Assembly: GCF_036365525.1 (NCBI RefSeq) | Contig: NC_090407.1 | Location: forward strand, 19,540,234 to 19,604,233 | Reading direction: 5' to 3' | DNA from: Heterodontus francisci | Lineage: Eukaryota | DNA length: 64,000 bases | Part shown: one piece after another, positions 39,351-50,319 of the stretch | How positions within the stretch are numbered: position 1 is the stretch's first letter | How the letters are laid out: every line of letters begins with the position of its first letter | Program-made: the position numbers and the translations under genes | The notes under the pieces: generated by a model | Database searches by the model: none | What the model saw: only the letters and a program-made list of their open reading frames with translations | What the model was told of the DNA's origin: nothing

Positions 39351-40424
39351 TTTGGATTTTATTTCCGTATTATTAAGTGTTATAGCTGATAACTGTTCTT
39401 GTATGTATGTTAATATATTAAAGTGCTAAAGTTAATTCAGTCTGGAGTTTATAACTGAGTTCAGCAGTTACACTTCTTGTGCTTTAAATGTGTGCAGAAT
39501 TCCTGAACAGAATGGAGTTAAGATGTATGCTAACGTTTAATTTAGTTTTTTGGTGCTTGGGATCCGATTGTACAAAGTTGAGTTTGGGATCTTGTTCTAA
39601 AAGTGATGCAGTTTCAGTTAAATCTCACATTCTGTTTATATTTCTGTTTCTCTGTTTGTTTGATGAACTGTAATCAGAGTTTAGTTTGCTAAGATTAAAT
39701 TACTAATCCATTTACTCCCTACCAAATGTAATTACTAGCATTAAACTAGAAAGACAGATCAGTGATTTCAAACGCTGAGTTTACAGTGTTATTACAGAAT
39801 GTTGAGAGATATGAAAATTAATATTTAATATACAATATAAATTTACCCAGTCTATGGTGAGCGTGGGATTTCCTCTTTGATTCAGGTACTGGAGCTGGGA
39901 GCAGAGGCTCGGTGAAAGTTTTTAAAATTTTATTTTCATTTGTGTCCCTTTTATTTGCAAGTTAAATGTGGAATTTAAGAATCAAAATATTTAGAACACA
40001 ATTTTTTCTTCTATTTCCTTCCCTACACTGTTGAAATTTTTGGTTGATAAGCCTTCATCAGAACCTTTTTGGCTTGAAACATTTCTCTCTCCACAGATGC
40101 TGCCAGACCTGCTGTGTATTTTCAGCAGTTTCCATTTTTATTTCAGATTTCCTGAATCCACAGGACGTTGCTCTCGAAGTAAGGAGCTGCATTGATATCT
40201 GTTTAGAAGGGACTGGGGGTTAGAAAATATTAACAGCGAGGTGATATAAGGTGAAATCTGTTACGAGATATTACGGTGAAGTAGGTGAAGGGACTCAGTG
40301 CTCTGGGTGGGCGCCTGAGACAGAATATTCAGATGTGGGCTCTGGATAAAGTGGGATAAGGGGCTAAATGGCCTGTGGTCTTCAAGTGTTCTGATGTTGT
40401 AACACTCAAATAATTTTCTTCCAG

Positions 40425-40574
40425 TGTCCAGCGAGGAAAATCAGGCCTTAAACCTGGACGAATTGCAAAGTTTGGACAATAACTTCCTGCTGTGGAGCCC
40501 ACCTGCTATGATGCCGAGGACCAGCCTCTATGATGCCATCAGAGATCTAGAAGCTGCTGAACAATATAAAAATG
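40425..40574 (+). CDS. uts2: Prepro-urotensin II exon 2 (VSSEENQALNLDELQSLDNNFLLWSPPAMMPRTSLYDAIRDLEAAEQYKN)
   Basis: Acceptor ttttcttccag, 150 bp open in phase 1-1, donor G|gtacag. Confidence 0.78.
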
Positions 40575-41009
40575 GTACAGTCCACTGATTGAGGGCCCCA
40601 AGAACAGCCCTCACTTTCCACTCTCACCCTGCGTATAGATAGCCAAAGTGAAGGAAGGCTCACACATAGTGCAGTTACAACGTCTGGCTCCTAGATGTCT
40701 ATGGCAAGCTTCTATAGGATGTCGAGTTGGTGTTTGCTAAGAATGCTGGTGACACCTGGTGGTGGGGGAAGCAGTACTGCAAATCTGGGAGCTGGGTTTG
40801 AATCAGGCCACAATATCTCCCCTGCCTGCTGGCTGTAACTGATGTGAGTTTGGACAGGCTCAGTTGAGTTCTCATTGCCAAGACATCTGCTTCTACTTCA
40901 CTGCTAATTGGTAATCTTATCATTGCGGCTACAGAATGGCTGATGTGGAAATGAAAACAGACCATAATGGTGCAGTAGAGGTTCATCATCTTCTGAGGTC
41001 GGGCTTGAG

Positions 41010-41515
41010 ACAGTGTAGACGGAACTTTACTCCACATCCAACCCGTGCTGTACCTGCTCTGGGTGTGTTTGATGGGACAGTGTAGAGGGAGCTTTACTCT
41101 GTATCTAATCTGTGCTGTACCTGTCCTGGGAGTGTTTGATGGGACAGTGTAGAGGGAGCTTTACTCTGTATCTAACCTGTGCTGCACCTGTCCTGGGAGT
41201 ATTTGATGGGACAGTGTAGAGGGAGCTTTACTCTGTATCTAACCTGTGCTGCACCTGTCCTGGGAGTATTTGATGGGACAGTGTAGAGGGAGCTTTACTA
41301 TGTATCTAACCTGTGCTGCACCTGTCCTGGGAGTGTTTGATGGGACAGTGTAGAGGGAGCTTTACTCTGTATCTAACCTGTGCTGCACCTGTCCTGGGAG
41401 TATTTGATGGGACAGTGTAGAGGGAGCTTTACTCTGTATCTAACCTGTGCTGCACCTGTCCTGGGAGTGTTTGATGGGACAGTGTAGAGGGAGCTTTACT
41501 CTGTATCTAACCCTT
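41010..41515. repeat. 65-bp tandem repeat (~7 units)
   Basis: GTTTGATGGGACAGTGTAGAGGGAGCTTTACTCTGTATCTAACCTGTGCTGCACCTGTCCTGGGA repeated; a monomer lies at ~43530-43590. Confidence 0.95.
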
Positions 41516-41738
41516 GCTCCACTGGATTGGATTCAGTGTAACCCAGAGATGTGATTCACTGCCATCTGCTCCCATCAAGGGACGCTTCACACTGGCAATC
41601 CAGACATACTCTGCTCCCCTCTGTGAACTCTCTCTTTATACCTTGGACTCATGCTCTGGGCTCTGAGGATTAAGCTGTGCGTTCTCCTCCATCTATTGTG
41701 TCCAGGAGTTGAATTGTATCTTCCTTCCTTGTCAACAG

Positions 41739-41782
41739 ATCTGAGGGAAATCGGTGACACCCACTCTGGAAACCTGAAAGAG
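41739..41782 (+). CDS. uts2: Prepro-urotensin II exon 3 (DLREIGDTHSGNLKE)
   Basis: Polypyrimidine + caacag acceptor, 44 bp, donor GAG|gtgagt; links phase 1 to phase 0 correctly. Confidence 0.8.
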
Positions 41783-41835
41783 GTGAGTTCAGATCATGGA
41801 AAATCTGAGGCATCATTGCTTTTAGAGAATCAGCA

Positions 41836-43520
41836 CACCTGTCTGTCACCCCCTCACCTGTCTGTCACCCCCTCACCTGTGTGTCACCCCCCTCACCTGT
41901 GTCACCCCCCCTCACCTGTGTGTCACCCCCTCACCTGTGTCACCCCCTCACCTGTGTGTCACCCCCCTCACCTGTGTGTCACCCCCTCACCTGTGTCACC
42001 CCCTCACCTGTGTGTCACCCCCTCACCTGTGTCACCCCCCTCACCTGTGTCACCCCCTCACCTGTGTGTCACCCCCCTCACCTGTGTCACCCCCCTCACC
42101 TGTGTCACCCCCTCACCTGTGTGTCACCCCCTCACCTGTGTCACCCCCTCACCTGTGTGTCACCCCCCTCACCTGTGTCACCCCCTCACCTGTGTCACCC
42201 CCTCACCTGTGTGTCACCCCCCCTCACCTGTGTCACCCCCTCACCTGTGTGTCACCCCCTCACCTGTGTCACCCCCTCACCTGTGTGTCACCCCCTCACC
42301 TGTGTCACCCCCTCACCTGTGTGTCACCCCCTCACCTGTGTCACCCCCTCACCTGTGTGTCACCCCCTCACCTATGTCACCCCCTCACCTGTGTCACCCC
42401 CTCACCTGTGTGTCACCCCCTCACCTGTGTCACCCCCTCACCTGTGTGTCACCCCCTCACCTGTGTGTCACCCCCCTCACCTGTGTATCACTCCCCCTCA
42501 CCTGTGTCACCCCCTCACCTGTGTATCACCCCCCTCACCTGTGTCACCCCCTCACCTGTGTGTCACCCCCCTCACCTATGTCACCCCCTCACCTGTGTGT
42601 CACCCCCCCTCACCTGTGTCACCCCCTCACCTGTGTGTCACCCCCTCACCTGTGTCACCCCCTCACCTGTGTGTCACCCCCCCTCACCTATGTCACCCCC
42701 TCACCTGTGTGTCACCCCCTCACCTGTGTCACCTCCTCACCTGTGTGTCACCCCTCCCTCACCTGTGTCACCCCCTCACCTGTGTATCACCCCCTCACCT
42801 GAGTATCACCCCCCCTCACCTGTGTATCACCCCCCTCACCTGTGTCACCCCCTCACCTGTGTGTTAGCCCCCCTCACCTGTGTCACCCCTCACCTGTGTG
42901 TCACCCCCCTCACCTGTGTGTCACCCCCTCACCTGTATGTCACCCCCCTCACCTGTGTCACCCCCTCACCTGTGTGTCACCCCCTCACCTGTGTCACCCC
43001 CTCACCTGTGTGTCACCCCCTCACCTATGTCACCCCCCTCACCTGTGTGTCACCCCCTCACCTATGTCACCCCCTCACCTGTGTGTCACCCCCTCACCTG
43101 TGTGTCACCCCCTCACCTACGTCACCCCTCACCTGTGTGTCACCCACTCACCCGTGTGTCACCCCCTCTCCTGTGTCACCCCCCTCACCTGTGTGTCACC
43201 CCCTCACCTATGTCACCCCCCTCACCTGTGTGTCACCCCCTCTCCTGTGTCACCCCCTCACCTGTGTGTCACCCCCTCACCTACGTCACCCCTCACCTGT
43301 GTGTCACCCCCTCACCCGTGTGTCACCCCCTCTCCTGTGTGACCCCCTCACCTGTGTGTCACCCCCTCACCTATGTCACCCCCTCACCTGTGTGTCACCC
43401 CCTCACCTATGTGTCACCCCCTCACCTACATCACCCCCTCACCTGTGTGTCACCCCCTCACCTGTCACCCATCATCTGTGTCACCCCCCTCACCTGTGTC
43501 ACCCCCCCCCCCTCACCTGG
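41836..43520. repeat. ~19-23-bp minisatellite (TCACCCCCTCACCTGTG[TG])n in uts2 intron 3
   Basis: Directly visible; generates the Pro/His/Cys-rich artefact ORFs. Confidence 0.97.
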
Positions 43521-43943
43521 GTGTCAACCCCACACCTGGGTGTGTTTGATAGGACAATGTAGAGGGAGCTTTTCTCTGTATCTAACCCAGTGGGAACTGC
43601 CTCCATAGCTGAATATCCTGCTTATATTCACTGTCTCAGTTTTAGCCATATGAAGGATGGACATGAGGGTGAGGTAAGTCAGGGTGTCTGGAACTACTGG
43701 AATTGTACCCATGAGAGTCATGTGCTGAGTGGGGGCGGAGTTGGTGGTTTCAGGTACGGATTATGGTGTGGTGGCTGCAGGTGGGGTAGGGTTAGGGACT
43801 GGAGTGGGTGGGATTTGGGTGGGGGTCAGGGTTGGGTGGGAGTGGAGATTGGAAATGCAATGTAAGAAAGGCTGGTAAAAATGAATGTTTAAATGATCCT
43901 TTGAATCCTTGGTAACCAATGTCTATTGTGATTCTATCTACAG

Positions 43944-44060
43944 ATTCTCTATGGAAGGAAATCCGAGCCGAAGTCAAGCCGCCTCCTCTTTGGAAAGGGT
44001 AGAAAACAATACAAGAAACGTAATAACTTCTCGGACTGTTTCTGGAAATACTGTGTTTGA
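43944..44060 (+). CDS. uts2: Prepro-urotensin II exon 4 encoding KKR cleavage site and mature urotensin II NNFSDCFWKYCV
   Basis: ILYGRKSEPKSSRLLFGKGRKQYKKR-NNFSDCFWKYCV-stop. The cyclic CFWKYC core is the urotensin II signature; the mature peptide (44022-44057) matches the dogfish UII sequence as I recall it. Confidence 0.97.
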   Translation: MLYGRKSEPKSSRLLFGKGRKQYKKRNNFSDCFWKYCV

Positions 44061-44120
44061 AGGCAGACGCTCGCTGCCCGACTTTCAAAATGATCATTCT
44101 TTTCTCTCCTGGTTATTTTT

Positions 44121-44238
44121 AATAAACGTTGTTGCAAAGTATGTAAATATATTCCTTAACTTAACAAGCAAATCACCACTTACTAAAGGTTAATGAAGCA
44201 TTTTGGATTGTTCTATCTCTGCTTCAGTTGTCAATAAA
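44121..44238 (+). terminator. uts2 polyadenylation signals
   Basis: AATAAA at 44121-44126 and 44233-44238. Confidence 0.6.
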
Positions 44239-44334
44239 GTTGTATGTTTTGCAAACATGTGGTTCTTGTCTTCAGATGCAAATAAGACAGATGTTAACAT
44301 TCATATCACTGTCCTTTCCTGTCCGGAAAGCTTC

Positions 44335-44340
44335 TTTATT
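44335..44340 (-). terminator. psmb10 polyadenylation signal
   Basis: Minus-strand AATAAA ~160 nt after the stop codon. Confidence 0.6.
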
Positions 44341-44496
44341 TAGAGACTAAATTTCACAATACATATACTGGATACAATGTGGTTAAAACAGCATGGCAGG
44401 AATTGACTGCCAGATACAAAATCCTTTTGTCTCCAACAGGAATTGCTTTTCTCGATCCCCCTGCTGCATCTTGGGGAGATGATGGGAGGCTTCTGG

Positions 44497-44608
44497 TTAC
44501 TCAGTGTCCATTCTCTGCACAACCTGCTCCACCAGCTCGATTTCTAAAGGAGTGACTGTTTCTGTCAGTATAGCAGTGGTTCCCTTCTTGTAGCGATACA
44601 CCCCCTCC
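44497..44608 (-). CDS. psmb10: Proteasome beta2i exon 8 ([36 protein letters not shown])
   Basis: Acceptor ctcctgcag; beta2-type C-terminal tail GTTA.LTE.VTPL. Confidence 0.92.
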
Positions 44609-45119
44609 CTGCAGGAGAAGATATCGGCAATTAACAGAGCACATTGCGGTATGGGGTGAAAGGCAGTGTGGGGAGTCACAGAAGTCCATTCGGCCCATCG
44701 TGCCTGTGGCCAGCTCTTTGAAAGAGCTCTCTAATTAGTGCCACTCTTTCCCCATTGCCCTGCAAATTTTTCCCCTCTGTGTATTTATCCAATTCCCTTG
44801 TGAAAGTTACCATTGAATCTGCTTCCACTGCCCTTTCAGGCAGCGTGTTCCAGATCATAACATATTGTATCTAAAAAAAAATTCTCAACTCTTTTGCAAT
44901 TATTTTAAATCCCTGGCATGCTTCCAGTCAATCTTCTCAGTACCCTCTCCAAGGTCTAGCCCAGAATTCATCAAAATCCTCCCACCGAAGCCAAACAAAT
45001 ATTTCATAAAGGTTTAGAACAACTTCTTTGTGTTTGTGTCTACGCCTCTGTTTAGAAAGATTTGTCCCCAGGATGGTCCCTGTCCTTCCAATAAATCCCC
45101 CTGGGAGCTCGGTACTTAC

Positions 45120-45271
45120 TTTGTGCCCTTCTTGTTGGGGGTGTCGAAGGCACGGAGGAACTCAGTCCTGTTATCGGTGATGATGCAGAGGTCAACGTTA
45201 CTCCCAGAGCCAAGGTCACTGAATATTCCGGCTGTGATGGCCTCACGGACCAGCTGCTTGGCTGCTTCTTC
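45120..45271 (-). CDS. psmb10: Proteasome beta2i exon 7 ([50 protein letters not shown])
   Basis: 152 bp, AG/GT boundaries, DLGSGSNVD motif. Confidence 0.95.
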
Positions 45272-45319
45272 CTAGAGATAAATAACCAGCCTCAGAGAGA
45301 ATTGTGGCAGCTGAGATTC

Positions 45320-46570
45320 CATGCAGGGCCCAGGGCTGGAGTAACCCAGGGCTGGAGTAACCCAGGGCCCAGGGCTGGAGTAACCCAGGACCCAGGGCTG
45401 GAGTAACCCAGGGCCCAGGCTGGAGTAACTCAGTGCCCAGAGCTGGAGTAACCTAGGGCCCAGGGCTGAAGTAACCCGGGGCCCAAGTAACACCGGGCCC
45501 AGGCTGGAGCAACCCAGGGCCCAGGGCTGGAGTAACCTAAGGTCCAGGCTGGAGTAATTCTGAACCAAGGGCTGGAGTAACCTGGGGCCCAAGTAATGCA
45601 GGGCCAGAGTAACCCAGGGCCCAGGGCTGGAGTAACCTAGGGCCCAGGCCAGAGTAATCTGGGGCCCAAGTAATGCAGGGCCAGAGTAACCCAGGGCCCA
45701 GGGCTGGAGTAACCTAGGGCCCAGGCCAGAGTAACCTGGGGCCCAAGTAATACAGGGCCAGAGTAACCCAGGGCTCAGGACTGGAGTAACCCAGGGCCCA
45801 GGGCTGAAGTAACCTAGGACCCAGGCGGGAGTAACCCAGGGCCCAGGGCTGGAGTAACCTAGGACCCAGGCCAGACTAACCCGGGGCCCAAGTAATACAG
45901 GGCCAGAGTAACCCAGGGCTCAGGACTGGAGTAACCCAGGGCCCAGGGCTGGAGTAACCTAGGACCCAGGTGGGAGTAACCCAGGGCCCAGGGCTGGAGT
46001 AACCTAGGACCCAGGCCAGACTAACCCGGGGCCCAAGTAATACAGGGCCAGAGTAACACCAGGCCCAGGCTAGAGTAACCCGGGGCCCAGGGCTGGAGTA
46101 ACCCAGGGCCCAGGCTGGAGTAACTCAGTGCCCAGAGCTGGAGTAACCTAGGGCCCAGGGCTGGAGTAACCTAGGGCCCAGGCCAGAGTAACCCGGGGCC
46201 CAGGGCTGGAGTAACCTAGGGCCCAGGCCAGAGTAACCCGGGGCCCAAGTAATACAGGGCCACAGTAACACAGGGCCCAGGCTAGAGCAACCCAGGGCCC
46301 AGGGCTTGAGTAACCCAGGGTCCAGGCTGGAGTAACCCAGGGCTGGAGTAACTCAGTGCCCAGGGCTAGAGTAACCCAGGGTCCAGGCTGGAGTAACCCA
46401 GGGCTGGAGTAACTCAGTGCCCAGGGCTGGAGTAACCCAGGGCTCAGGGCTGGAGTAACTCAGTGCCCAGGGCTGGAGTAACCCAGGGCTCAGGGCTGGA
46501 GTAACCCAGGGCTCAGGGCTGGAGTAACCCAGGGCTCAGGGCTGGAGTAACTCAAGGCTGGAGTAACCAA
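45320..46570. repeat. Compound minisatellite built on CCCAGGGCTGGAGTAA
   Basis: Directly visible. Confidence 0.95.
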
Positions 46571-47128
46571 GGGCAACTTACCATAACACAGAAGAAGATG
46601 AGGCCAGTACAGTAAGGTACTGTGATATTCTAGTAATTTACTAGTAATGCAGTGTGTAAATGTGCTATGGCCTATTTCTTCCTGTATTTTCCTGGACATC
46701 TGCATTTCCATGGTGCGGGCGGAGGGTGGTAGGCAGTTAGGGGAGGTGTGCTGGGTGGAGGCAGGTTGTGTGTGGGGGAGGGGGAGTGTGACAGGTGCTG
46801 CGAAGGGTGGAGAGACCCTAAAGGTGTTGGTGTCCAGGGAAGCAAGAATTCTTAATCCAATTTTGGCTCTTTCACCAATTGCACCATCCAGCGGGCCACA
46901 GAGGTATTTACCCGAGAATTTCCTGAGTCAGCTCATTGGTGTAAGTACTGCCTAAAACAGGTGTAATGTTCTCTTACAGAGTATCCAAATTAGGAATCCT
47001 TATATAGCTTTGTTGAGCTCAGGGGTTAGGTTAGGGGCGTTGGTTCCGCACTGGAGGTTTTGCCATGGCAACAGCGGGGGAGGGGATCCGGCCGTGTGCG
47101 CCCAATTCTCATCAGGTCATTCACTTAC

Positions 47129-47187
47129 CTCCATGTTTGGCTTGAAACGATCCTCCAGAACAGCCATGGCAGCAGCGGAGCCGGAAC
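47129..47187 (-). CDS. psmb10: Proteasome beta2i exon 6 (GSGSAAAMAVLEDRFKPNME)
   Basis: 59 bp, AG/GT boundaries, GSG (Ser129) motif. Confidence 0.95.
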
Positions 47188-47714
47188 CTGTTGCACAGAA
47201 GACACACAGACATTTATCACTATTCCAGGAAACCTGAGTGGGTCAGGCCATTCTCTCTCCCTCCCATCCTGAAGTGCTGACTCTCCCCGGGCTGCAGTCT
47301 CAGAGCACTCAATACCCTCTAGTACCCAAAGCAACCACCCATTCTTTATGTGGTAGCCTCGCCCGTGAGCCTAGCCAGGCAACTTGACCAGGGGACATCG
47401 TTTCAGGGTCACCAATCCTCCCGGAATATTCTGGAGCCTCCAGGAATTAAATCCCGGACGCTGCCACAAGCAAATTCAGCGGAATAATCATTGGGGTTTT
47501 TTTAGTTATAAAAATATGGGAGATGGGTAAAATTGCTGTTTGACTGGCAGTCACGAATCATCCAATTGGCCTGTTTGCCTTCTGATTGAAAGAGGAAGAC
47601 CAGTCCCAGAATGATTGATGGCTCCGGTGACCAATCGTGGGACCCTGGGGGTGGGGCAGTCAGTGGTCATGTGATGAAACCTCCTATGATCCATCCAACC
47701 AGATCCTGTCCTTG

Positions 47715-48072
47715 GACTTGGACAGGCTAAGTGAATGGGCAAGAACATGGCGGATGGAATGTAATGTGAATAAGTGAGGTTATCCAGTTTGATAGAAAAA
47801 AACAGAAAGACAGAGTATTTCTGAAATGATGCGAGTTTGGGAAGTGTTGACATCCAAAGGGATCTGAGAGTCCTTGTTCATGAGTCACTAAAAGATTGCA
47901 TGCAGATGCAGCAAGCAATTAGGAAGGCAAATGGTACATTGGCCTTCATCGTAAGGGGTTTTGAGTACAGGATTAAAGAAGTCTTGTTGCAATTGTATAG
48001 AGCCTTGGTGAGACCACACCTGGAGTATTGTGTGCAGTTTTGGTCTCCTCATCTAAGGAAGGATATACTTGG
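47715..48072 (+). mobile_element. CR1 LINE ORF2 fragment
   Basis: QRDLRVLV...LYRALVRPHLEYCVQFWSPHLRKDIL. Confidence 0.9.
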
Positions 48073-48346
48073 GTTCTTACAGCTTAGCAAACCACCCAGG
48101 CAGGTGAAACAATCTTTAAAGCATAAGAAAGAGGTCACTCGGCCCTTTGTGTCTGGGCTGGCTCTTTGAGAGATCTATCCAATTAGCCCAACTCTTGCCT
48201 GATCCTAACCCACAGCTAGTGCAAGTTTTTGTTTTTCAAGCATTTATCCAATTCTCTTTTGATTTGGTGTTTTTTGGAGAGCTTGTAACCAGCCCCAGGC
48301 CTGTTTGGCAGCCGAAGATTTAGACTGAGTGTTAAGTTCTCCTTAC

Positions 48347-48462
48347 CCATGGCGACAAAGGGCAGTTTGTCTGTGGAACCATGAGGGTACACTGCGTAGA
48401 GGTGGGGCCCTGAACAATCCACACCCCCAACGATCACTGACGCTCCAATATGCCCCTGGTAC
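48347..48462 (-). CDS. psmb10: Proteasome beta2i exon 5 ([38 protein letters not shown])
   Basis: 116 bp, AG/GT boundaries, conserved beta2 sequence. Confidence 0.96.
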
Positions 48463-48894
48463 CTAAAGCAAGACAAAGATTATATTGCAGTTAAATCAGG
48501 AAGGGGTTGATTTTCACTGTCCCCATTGGACATTAACTGGGGTTGGGGAGGGGAGGGGAGCAGGGTCAGAATGAGGTCAATGACCTTTCCATCCCATTAA
48601 CACTGATGATGTCACTGCTCTCACTGCCATATTGAAAGAGGCTTTGTGATGGACGCCCAAAACTCCGATTTGATTCGGACAATCAGCCCCTTTTCATATG
48701 GAAACTGGGATCCCACGACATAAATAAGACCCTGATGGCTGGTTCAGGATGAAACTGGTCAGGCATTGTGTCGTGCTGATTCCGACCAGTCACCCAGGAA
48801 ATGGAAGACCTGAGGCCAACGGACAATTATATCTGTTACTCGCGGAGCAGCAGGAGTGACCTCAAAAATAACGGAGGGCCGCTGCCCGGAAACT

Positions 48895-49620
48895 CTCCCC
48901 CCACACCAGCAACCACCAACCACCCCCCCACACACTCCCCCCACCCCACACACTCCCCCCCACACACTCCCCCCACCCCACACACTCTCCCCCACACACT
49001 CCCCCACACACTCCCTCCCCCACACTCACTCCCCCTACACACTCCCCCCCCCGCACACTCCCCCCACCCCACACACTCGCCCACACTCACTCCCCCCACA
49101 CACTCCCTCCCCCGCACATTCCCCCCACCCCACACACTCCCCCACACACTACCCCCCCACACACTCCCCCACACACTACCCCCCCACACACTCCCTTCCC
49201 CACACTCACTCCCCCCACACACTCCCTCCCCCCACACATTCCCCCCCACACTCTCCCTCCCCCCACACATTCCCCCCCACACACTCCCTCCCTCCACACA
49301 CTCCCCCCCACACACTCCCTCCCCCCCCACACACTCCCCCTCACACACTCCCTCCCCCTACACATTCCCCCCCACACACTCCCTCCCTCCACGCACACTC
49401 CCCCTCACACATTCCCCCCCACACACTCCCTCCCTCCACGCACACTCCCCCTCACACATTCCCCCTCACACACTCCCTCCCCCCACACACACTCCCCCCC
49501 ACACACTCCCTTCCCCCACACACTCCCCCCCTCACACACTCCCTCCCCCCCGCACACTACCCCCCCCACACACTCCCACCCCTTCCTCCCCACACCCCCT
49601 CCCCCACACCTTCCCCCCCC
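48895..49620. repeat. C/A-rich low-complexity repeat (CCCCCACACACT-like)
   Basis: Directly visible; G-rich on the psmb10 sense strand. Confidence 0.9.
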
Positions 49621-50085
49621 AACTTGCTGCGGGCAGTTTGAATCCTAAACCTTGCCCAGTGAATGGAAATGGAACTGGAGCCTCAAAATCACAGTGGGAA
49701 GGGGGAGGGGAAGGGGGAGGGGAAAGAGCGAGGGGGTAGGAGCTCTTCATCCCTAGAATGGGAACTGACCAAAGGTCAAAAGAGACTCCAGTGTGGCTGC
49801 AGCAATTTGACTGTGGGGGGCATCACCTGTGGAGGCCAATCCTCTGACACTGACCCACAACAGTTGTTCAGCCCGTGTCAGTGACCACGAGTGGCAGCCC
49901 GGGTTGATTGTTCCGACACTTGTCCAGGACACTGCAGATCCAGCACGTTCCTCAGATGGCAGTGCACATATCCCCTCAGCCATTAAGGACTGCACCCCCT
50001 GCCTCCTTGTTTAATTCTAATGGCTAAAGTTCCATCACAGCCAATTGATGTTGTAAGGTGACCTGCACTGTCATTACTGTCCCAC

Positions 50086-50226
50086 CTGAACAGCATCTGT
50101 TTTAGCATCCGGTTAACCATGACCACACGGGGCTTGCGCCCGGTTGACAGGCTGTGCAGTTGGATGTTGGAGGCTATCATCTGTGTTGTAAATTCAGCAT
50201 CAGCTGCAACTCCTGCTCCACAGCAG
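50086..50226 (-). CDS. psmb10: Proteasome beta2i exon 4 ([46 protein letters not shown])
   Basis: 141 bp; GVAADAE (V48, E53) is the PSMB10-type signature versus GTAADTD in PSMB7. Confidence 0.95.
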
Positions 50227-50319
50227 CTGGGGAGAGAGAGAAAATGAAGGGTTAATATCAGAGGGAGAGAATAAGGGGTAACATGGCCTACTCCTGCTCC
50301 TATTTCCTATGTTCCTAGG

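Noticed and set aside
41651-43608. Pro/Cys/His-rich ORFs up to 541 aa
   Set aside because: Stop-free tandem repeat in uts2 intron 3; only 41739-41782 is a real exon.
43944-44060. Calling the peptide gene URP/UTS2B because it neighbours CCDC50
   Set aside because: The mature peptide after KKR is a 12-mer with Asp before the ring (UII type), not the ACFWKYCV octapeptide; the synteny conflict is reported as a finding.
48801-49739. Pro/His/Thr-rich 312-aa ORF (extensin/mucin-like)
   Set aside because: Low-complexity C/A tract in a psmb10 intron.
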